DNA from: Mantamonas sphyraenae STR306 | Lineage: Eukaryota > Protista > CRuMs | Assembly: GCA_026936335.1 (NCBI GenBank) | Contig: JAPMXV010000069.1 | Location: 248,001-312,000 of the forward strand | Length of the DNA: 64,000 nucleotides | Direction of reading: 5' to 3' | Part shown: positions 56,407 through 64,000 of the stretch, piece after piece | Layout of the letters: every line of letters begins with the position of its first letter | How positions within the stretch are numbered: the first letter of the stretch is position 1 | Made by a program: the position numbers and the translations under genes | Notes under the pieces: generated by a model | Told to the model about the DNA's origin: nothing | What the model saw: the letters and a program-made list of their open reading frames with translations, nothing else | Databases searched by the model: none

Positions 56407-57825
56407 TCATCCTGCTCTTCTTCTTCTTGCGCGTGTGCGGGTGCTGGTGCTGGCGGTTTCAGTTGGGGTACTTGGGGTGCTGGTGCTGGCGGGTTCACTG
56501 GGGGTGCTGGCTCTCTTGTAAGCTTCCAGCACCTGCTTGCCTGCATTGGAGACGGTGATGTGATCAAATCGTTCTCCATGCTGGTTGTTGGTCAAGCCTG
56601 GTGGATTGCTGACGTTCTGAAATCTGCGCCCAATGGACTTGCGAGAGTGCGTGGCCATGTGCAAGAAGAGGCCAATGGGCAGCCCAGCTTGCTGTTCAAT
56701 TGCCTCCACCTCCTTGCGGGTGGTACGCAGGTAATTCCCGAATTTCTTGCCCTCGTGGAAGCTGAAGAACGTTTCCACCGCGAAAGTGTGGACGCGCAAG
56801 TTTGTGTTTTCGGTGATTGCGGCCTTGACGTTGTCGGTGAGGTTGACATGCAGCTTACGGCGAATCGTGCACAGGACGCGGTCCAGGTTGATCTTTTTGG
56901 AGAGTGCATTCCACGTGGAATTCCAGTTTGCCAACGCGTTGGATGTCGTCTGGTCACGCGTGAACGGAACCGCACCTTTGACGAGCGAGGCCAAATCAAA
57001 GAGGGGCTGCAGAGGTGGGGCATGGGGACCGGGTGTTTCAGACACAAGGACCCATCTGTTGTTGACGGTACGATGGAGCCACAGCCCCTGGGATGGTTCG
57101 GTGCAGACGAGCTGGAACGCATTGTCTGCAGCGAGGAGGGTGCTTGCGTTTGGTGGCTCCAAGGTACCATTCAGGCCAAGCAGGAGCACATCTACGGCTG
57201 CTTGGTAGTCAAAGTGCTTGCTGGCAGCTTTTGTGGCGGTGGTGAGCTTGGCATTTGGCCTCTTGTCAAAGGTGAGGATCCTGAGGTTGAAGTCATCCTC
57301 GCTGGACGTGGTGTTGTTGTACGCGTCACTGATGTGACGATCTACACGACTCGTGCGTGTGCCACTTGAGCTTGAGGAGCCGGAAGAGCTTGAGGACCTG
57401 ACCGACCTGGAGTCGTCGAGAGAGGGGGAACTGGAAACATCGATGCTTTGGTCCTGACCGTCGTCTGCGTCGTCGCTTTCCGCGTCGTCGCTTTCCACGT
57501 CGTCTTCGTCCTCGTTGTTGCTTTTTTCGGGCGACTCCACGTCGTCTTCCTCGGTTTCTTCGGGGCTTTCTTCGGGCAATTCCGATTCAATGGACATCGT
57601 TGGGGGGTTTGAAGCCGTCGGCTCATGGTCGGCTGGCCCACGGCTGTGTGATTCGTCCGCGAGCACGCGTTGGCGGGCGGCATCGGGTTGATCGTGATCA
57701 GCGATCTCGGACCCGTCCTCAAGCGCATTCCGGGAGCGCTTTCGATGCGTCGAGGAGGGGGGAGTGGAGGGGAGTGACTCATTGGATGAGTCTCGGTTGT
57801 CTTGAGAAGAGGGAGTGTTGTCCAT
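56407..57825 (-). CDS. Hypothetical protein (472 aa) with acidic/Ser-rich disordered N-terminus and NLS-like RKRSR
   Basis: ATG-initiated long ORF. Confidence 0.6.
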   Translation of the reverse strand: MDNTPSSQDNRDSSNESLPSTPPSSTHRKRSRNALEDGSEIADHDQPDAARQRVLADESHSRGPADHEPTASNPPTMSIESELPEESPEETEEDDVESPEKSNNEDEDDVESDDAESDDADDGQDQSIDVSSSPSLDDSRSVRSSSSSGSSSSSGTRTSRVDRHISDAYNNTTSSEDDFNLRILTFDKRPNAKLTTATKAASKHFDYQAAVDVLLLGLNGTLEPPNASTLLAADNAFQLVCTEPSQGLWLHRTVNNRWVLVSETPGPHAPPLQPLFDLASLVKGAVPFTRDQTTSNALANWNSTWNALSKKINLDRVLCTIRRKLHVNLTDNVKAAITENTNLRVHTFAVETFFSFHEGKKFGNYLRTTRKEVEAIEQQAGLPIGLFLHMATHSRKSIGRRFQNVSNPPGLTNNQHGERFDHITVSNAGKQVLEAYKRASTPSEPASTSTPSTPTETASTSTRTRARRRRAG

Positions 57826-58286
57826 GGTTGTTCAGCGTTGGTTTGAAGTATTGGCGCCAGAAGCGCGCGCTCAATTGACGCTGGCGTCACTCTCACGCAC
57901 AATGGCTGGTGTCTGATCCGGATGGCGCTGTTGAGGCGCTGTTCATGCCCGTTTAGACGTGGAATTCAATGGTATGAGGTGCAGTGGGTCCTCCTCAGCC
58001 TGTGCGGTGGCCGCGAATGCGGGTGGCTTTCCCGCCAAAAGTTTGCAGGGCGCTCACACCTGGGAGAGGTCATTCTGGAAGAAGCCACGCGAGATCCTGG
58101 GTTGGCATCAACTGGGAAAGGCAATAGTGGTGATTACGGGTTGATTGGATGCATGTAGAACAGAGGTAGCCGAATGGACTGGTCAAAGTTAAAAGTTAGC
58201 TTGACCAGCGCTCTCAACGGTAAGCGCTCAGTTAATTTTGACACGAACTTTGACACCCCCCCCATCCATCCAACACAGCCCTCCCC

Positions 58287-59936
58287 ATGAGCACACACGA
58301 CAATGAGAGATGGAAATCGGAGATGATGTTCTGGGACAGGGTCGAGGACCTTACCGAGAGATGGATGAGAGAACCCCCCCCAGGGGTTGCTGGTATTGAG
58401 CTTGACGCAAGGCGCCTCTGCGTGAAAATCACGTACAGGCAGGCGTCCCCAGGCCAAGAGGTGGCGTCCAACCTTGGTACGGTGCAGTCCGCAGTCCTGG
58501 AACAAGGCGGACAATTGGATAGGGACTCCTCTCGCAGCAGCAGCAGCAGCAGTAGCAGCAGCAGCAGCAGGAGGAGGAGGCGTGGGGGTGCCTGTGCGGA
58601 ATGCGACGTGCGGGCGGTGTTTGCCAACGACACACAGAGTCGCAAGGAGAAGTTGGACGCCATGAAACGCGGTACCTGGAAGCGCTACAGCTCTTCAGAG
58701 GTCTTCAAAGAGCTCTGCGCATACGAAAGTGCGAAGAGACGTGTGTGGCGGGCTTACATGGACGGCACGCGGGCGACGCACTGGTGCAAGGTAGAAGACG
58801 CAGCATGCACAGGATTCCTCCGTGCACTGGCAGATGTGCTGCGTGGATGTGTTGAGGAGAGTGTGGAGAAATACGAAGGTGGCCCCGGCCTCAAGAGGCT
58901 GGCTTTAGAGGTGAAGGCCGTGGTTCGTCTGGTCGTGGTACAAAGTGAAAGGGCCAATGGGGCCATGACCAGTGAGCAAAGGTCGTGCTTTGAAAGCTTC
59001 GAAAACTGGTGTGGGAGTATCATGGAGGATGCTGCACGTGTTGCAAAGCTCAGTGCTGCCAGGAAAAAACTCACGCCCAGCTCCTTGCGGGAAATGTGCA
59101 AGAAGTGTCTGCAAAAACCCAACACGGACTCATACTTTGACCTCGTACAGCCTTTCCTAATTTGCACCCTGGCATGCAGCAACAAGGGACCTGCCAGTGC
59201 GATGTCGTGGGCAAGTGCGACGTACTTTGAGGACGAGGAACTGTGGAAACGACACCAGGCAACGCTGCAGCCCCACGCAAGGGGAGTCCGGTCAGCAGCG
59301 GTGTTGCATGACACCGAAAAATGCCTGCTGAAGGTCGCATGGAAGGATAGGACCGGCCAAGTGCTCGAAGCCGAACACCTGCTTGAATCGTATTACAGCG
59401 CGAGAATCTACGTTGCTCACCAAGAGGAGACGCTATCGGCCCAATCAAGAAGGTACTTTTTTCTGAACCCAGAAAAAGGGAATCACCGTAGCGAAGCCAC
59501 ACAGATTGTGCGGCGTGAGCATTGGTTGAACCAAGTGCTGAAGAACGAGCTCAGGGATTGTCGTGTGAACTGGAGACTTGTGCGGCACGCCGCCCAAGAG
59601 CCAGAGGGTGGTTCAAGCGGTCCCGGGCCGTCAGATGAGGAGAAAGAGTTGTGGAGCACACTCCTGAGGAATGTGTGGGAGCCCGGGACGACGACCACCG
59701 CGGTGAGCTCATCTTCGTCGTCGTCGTCGTCAGCAACAACAACAACATCGTCTTACGAAATGTCTGTGGATGAAGGGGACGAGGAAGACGAGGAAGACGA
59801 GGAGGAGGAGGAGGAGGAGGAGGAAGCGGAGGAAGACGAGTACGGCAGCGACGCATCCAAGGCATCAGGCAAGCGTACAGTGCAGAGGACATCAACGAGG
59901 AGGACTCGGCGCAGGACCAATGGTTCAGGTGTATAG
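58287..59936 (+). CDS. Degenerate tyrosine-recombinase-like protein with Cys/His motifs (paralog 1)
   Basis: CAEC, HWC..C; FLICTLACSNKGPASAMSW, KVAWK, RYFFLNPEKG, LNQVLK...NWRLVRH; acidic and basic tail. Confidence 0.5.
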   Translation: MSTHDNERWKSEMMFWDRVEDLTERWMREPPPGVAGIELDARRLCVKITYRQASPGQEVASNLGTVQSAVLEQGGQLDRDSSRSSSSSSSSSSSRRRRRGGACAECDVRAVFANDTQSRKEKLDAMKRGTWKRYSSSEVFKELCAYESAKRRVWRAYMDGTRATHWCKVEDAACTGFLRALADVLRGCVEESVEKYEGGPGLKRLALEVKAVVRLVVVQSERANGAMTSEQRSCFESFENWCGSIMEDAARVAKLSAARKKLTPSSLREMCKKCLQKPNTDSYFDLVQPFLICTLACSNKGPASAMSWASATYFEDEELWKRHQATLQPHARGVRSAAVLHDTEKCLLKVAWKDRTGQVLEAEHLLESYYSARIYVAHQEETLSAQSRRYFFLNPEKGNHRSEATQIVRREHWLNQVLKNELRDCRVNWRLVRHAAQEPEGGSSGPGPSDEEKELWSTLLRNVWEPGTTTTAVSSSSSSSSSATTTTSSYEMSVDEGDEEDEEDEEEEEEEEEAEEDEYGSDASKASGKRTVQRTSTRRTRRRTNGSGV

Positions 59937-60545
59937 AAATAGTAGAAACGCGTGCCGGTGTCTGCCGCGGATTCCCGCGGATTGCCGAGCCTTGGAATCG
60001 CATATTTGCACACCAAACATCATACCGATGCATTGCGTACTCTTGACAACCAAGTAGGAGGATACGCATGGGTATGCACATATATGGGCGTGATCTTGGA
60101 TTCAACAGACCCTTGTGGCTGCCCGGGGGAGGGGAAATGTGCAAGTGTGCACATCTCACCGCCACTTTTTTTTTTGTGGCAGCCTGCCGTGGCACCGCCC
60201 CCGCGTGTTGCCGCGGCAGCCGGGGGCGCTTTTTTCGCATCAACCACGCACACCGAAGCATGTGTACACATGGGAGTCTGGCAGGGGATTGAAAACATGC
60301 ATACTCACACCTGTGCCCAAGTTGGGAACCCAAAGACCCTTGTGGGTGCCTGGAGGACGCGTTTTGTGCAGTGCTGCGCGCGCACAAGCTGGAAAATGAA
60401 AATGAGATCGGCTGGCGGGAAAAGGCAGCACATGCATGCATGCAACACGCTCACATGTGACAGGCGTTTGGGATGGAGCTGATAGGAATGGCAATGCGGG
60501 TGATGTGGGCGGGATGCGTGTGGGTTGGAGGGTGTGAGGGGGTGG
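59830..60545. repeat. About 700-bp direct repeat (gene tail plus non-coding), second copy at about 62078-62820
   Basis: Long near-identical stretches; internal AGACCCTTGTGG duplication; T-run; CATGCATGCATG. Confidence 0.8.
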
Positions 60546-60546
60546 T

Positions 60547-61969
60547 GTGGCGGGCGCCCCATCCCCCAAATCAAATCCATGCGTCCCCATGAGCACCCAC
60601 AACATTCAGAGTGAATACCTTCCAGATTTTATTGCCCTGAGCAAGTTCTACTGGGAGCAAGGGCTCGTGTTGTCGTATGAGGTGCCTGACTCTGGAGTCA
60701 AGGTCTCTTGGACTCCCCTTCCGCGGCAAGCAGCAGCAGCAGCCAGCGCCGAGCCTGCTTCTGACCCAGAGGAGACCACAATGATCTTACAAAACGCCGG
60801 AATCAGCGACTCCTCGTCCTCCTCCTCCAGCAGCAGCAGCAGCCGCAGAAGAGGACCGTGTCCACACTGTGATGCGCAAGCCGTGTTTCAGCAAGGCCAC
60901 AAAGACACTGGCATGCTGACAAAAGGCGAGTGGGAGCATTACTGCTCAACGGAGGTCATGGGATTGCTCAAGAAGCACAAAGCTGTGGATAAGCGAGTGT
61001 GGAAGGCGTTCATGGCCGGTGTCGGCAACACACACTGGTGCAAGGAGGAAGACGCAGGATGTTCAGAGTTCCTGGACGCAATGGCGGCTAAATGGCACCG
61101 GGAGGTTGTTCATCGCAAAGAGACACTCGAAGGAGGCTCGGCTCTGCGCAAGCTGGCGTCGGGATTTGGCAGCGTCGTTGGGGATCTGAACAGGGAGGGC
61201 ATGGACGATGTCCTGAAGGCACAGTTTGACAGGTTCAAACAGTGGTGTGACGGAAATGCTGCGACTGCACGAAAGATTGCTGAATTGCATGCAACAAGAA
61301 ACCGCATCAACCAGAGTTACGTCGATGAACGCCTTAAGCTGGTTGCCCAGAAGGCATCCAGTGCAGAGTACAAGGTCTTTCAGCGGAGTCTCATTTGTCA
61401 GATCGCACGTTTGGATGTTGGACCCGGAAGCGCAATCTCGTGGGCCAGTGCCTTGTATTTCGAAGACAGGGCGATGTGGGACGAGGCGAAATCAAAGCTG
61501 GAGACGCCTTCCAACGAGGGAGGGGACGCGTCTGCCGTGGTGTGGAACGAACCTACGAAGGGAATGTTGCATATCGCATGGAAAGAAGTGAATGGCCAGG
61601 TGAAGGAGGACATGGTGCTGAGAGACATACCCCGTACCTTGACCATCCAGGCGGCTGATGAACAACACAATGGGCGCTTCTTTTTCATCCGGGAGGAACG
61701 GGGACATAGGCGGTCACCAAGAAGCGAAATCATCTCACGTGCAGCCTGGTTGAACTACATCCTGAAGGAAGAGTTTGCTGACGACGGCGTGAACTGGCGC
61801 TTGCTACGGCACATTTGTGAGGACCCAGGGGCTGGCGCAAGCGGATCAGGGCCATCGGATGAGGAGAAAGAACTGTTTGATGAGCTTGTGGAGAATGCGT
61901 GGGAGGGAGAGGCGTCTCGGACAAGGTCGGGGGGTGATGGTGGAGCAGCAACGACGACATGGGCGGTAT

Positions 61970-62000
<31 letters not shown>

Positions 62001-62184
62001 TGCAAGATCCTCGTCTGGATATGACACAGCTTCGGATGATGGGTCGGAAGTGGAGGAGGGGGAAGCATTGAGTGACGAGGAAGACGAGTACACCAGCGAC
62101 GCCTCCAAGGCATCAGGCAAGCGTACAGTGCAGAGGACATCAACGAGGAGGACACGTCGCAGGACCAACGTTTCAGGTGCTTAG
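60547..62184 (+). CDS. Degenerate tyrosine-recombinase-like protein (paralog 2)
   Basis: CPHC, HWCKEEDAGC, LICQIARLDVGPGSAISW, RFFFIREERG, NWRLLRH; same tail as paralog 1. Confidence 0.5.
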
Positions 62185-64000
62185 GAATGTATGTAGAACC
62201 GTGCTGGGGGTCAGCCGGACGTTGCCGCGCTCTGCCGGGCTCTGCCGGGCTGTGCAAACCCCAGTTTTTCACACCAAGCATCACCCATACGCATCGCGTA
62301 ATCTTCGCGACCTAGAGGGAGGATACGCATGGGTATGCACATACATGGGCGTGATTTTGGATTCAACAGACCCTTGTGGCTGCCCGGGGGAGGGGAGATG
62401 TGCAAGTGTGCAGATCTCCACCGCCACTTTTTTTTTTTGGCTGGCTGCCGTGGCACCCGCCCCCGCGTGTTCCCGCGTGTTCCCGCGGCAACCGGCTGCG
62501 CTTTTTTCGCATCAACCACGCACACCGAAGCATGTGTACACACGAGAGTCTGAAAGGGGATTGAAAACATGCATGCGCACACCTATGCCCAAGCTGGGAT
62601 CCAGTAGACCCTTGTGGCTGCCTGGAGGACGCGTTTTGTGCAGTGGTGCGCGCGCACAAGCTGAAAAAAAAGAATAGATCGGCTGGCTGGAAAAGGCAGC
62701 ACATGCATGCATGCAACACGCTCACATGTGACAGGCGTTTGGGATGGAGGTGATAGGAATGGCAATGCGGGTGATGTGGGAGGGAAAGTGGACGTGCGAG
62801 TGGGTTGGAGGGTGTGGTGGAAGGAGCAGGAGAAATTGGCGGGCGCTGGGTGCGGCGGCCACAGCGGTTGCGTTGGTGTGGCCGATGTCGTGCACCTGCT
62901 TGACTTCTGCCTACACGATGCCCTGTGGACGCACGCAGGGGGTTGGGGGGTCGGGAGAGAAAACACGGCGGTGGCAAAGGGGAGCCACTTGCGCGGGATC
63001 ATCGGTGTGGCGGCGGGGAAGGTGGTGTGTGGAGTCGACACACGGAGTCATGGCGCGGACTGCAGATGCATCGTGATGGGGGAGCAGGTGGGAGGTTGGT
63101 GGTGGTGGTGATGGATGACGACGCCGTTGAGATTGATTTGGTTGGGAAAGGGTCTGTGTGGGCGAGGAGGAAAAATTGTGGAGGCAGTGGAGCAGCGTTG
63201 TGATTGGTGGATGGATGAGTGGATGAGCTGGTGATGGGGTATGAGGCATGTGTTGGATGGGCATGTGCACGATATCAGGAGCATGACTCACTGCAGCGCC
63301 GTTTCTCCAACACCTTTCCTGCACTGGGAGAAGTCTCAGATGCGATGGAACAGTCAAAGGAGAGGTGTAATGGTTGTCTCGACGCTGTCTGTGGGGTTGT
63401 GTGGCTCAACGGTGGCGGTGGAGCACACATGGGTGAGTTTGAGGAAAACGGGGTGGACGGCGTCGCAACCAACCAAATGAATGGGTACAAGCGGATGAGC
63501 AGGGCAGTGGACAGTGGATTGGAGTGTTGCACAGCGTGGGGCGGGCGGAAATGCCAATGCATGGCGCCATGCATGTGTGCGGTGGCAGTTGGGGCGGAAC
63601 TGGGCAAACTGGCAAGGGAAGGTGTGCACAGGACGGGTGACGCAGCGGGTGGTGAAACGGGTTGAGTGTGGCACGGCAGGGAGGGAAAAGCCGACTGCTC
63701 TTGTGAAAGCAGACTCGGGCGGGGGGACGCAGGCGTGGCCCGTCGCCTTTTTGCGTTCTTCTGGAGGCCCAAGATGGACGCGAATGCTGTTGTGTCGACT
63801 GTGCGGAGGCGGAGCACGAGTACCCAATGGAGGACTGAACGCAAAAGGTGTCCTGCAGTCAGGGGCTGGGGAGCAAGCCATTGTTTGGTAGGTGAGTGAT
63901 GAGGTTTTGACGGGGACTCTGGAGGTATGGAGGTCTGTAGGCGGGCTTGAAGAAGGATTCATCTTTATTGCAGGTAGGAAGCGGCTACTGGGCGCCGGAA

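Noticed and set aside
62900-64000. Short ORFs at the window end
   Set aside because: No recognisable motifs or consistent frame; cannot support a call

Overview
GC-rich eukaryotic (probably protist) genomic DNA with short GT-AG introns carrying (G/A)CTGAC branch sites. It shows signs of homopolymer sequencing errors. The window is an accessory, heavily duplicated region. Contents in order: (1) a secreted beta-propeller/Cys-rich/IPT-TIG surface protein; (2) three N-terminal F-box-like paralogs; (3) a dCache-type membrane sensor; (4) two copies of a U6 snRNA gene, each split by a 117-nt spliceosomal-type intron inside the catalytic AGC triad and each next to a 142-bp satellite array, together bracketing a 2134-aa repeat protein with an XPG/FEN1-like nuclease domain; (5) a tandem array of nine hypervariable LRR-ankyrin proteins ending in a PRANC/F-box-like motif (plus one truncated copy elsewhere); (6) a STAND/NB-ARC-like NTPase, a patatin-like phospholipase, two orphan ORFs and a pair of degenerate tyrosine-recombinase-like genes. 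The two most striking signals are the intron-split U6 unit and the LRR-ANK-F-box receptor array, which with its neighbours resembles a eukaryotic defence or effector island. All domain calls come from visual motif recognition, not database searches.
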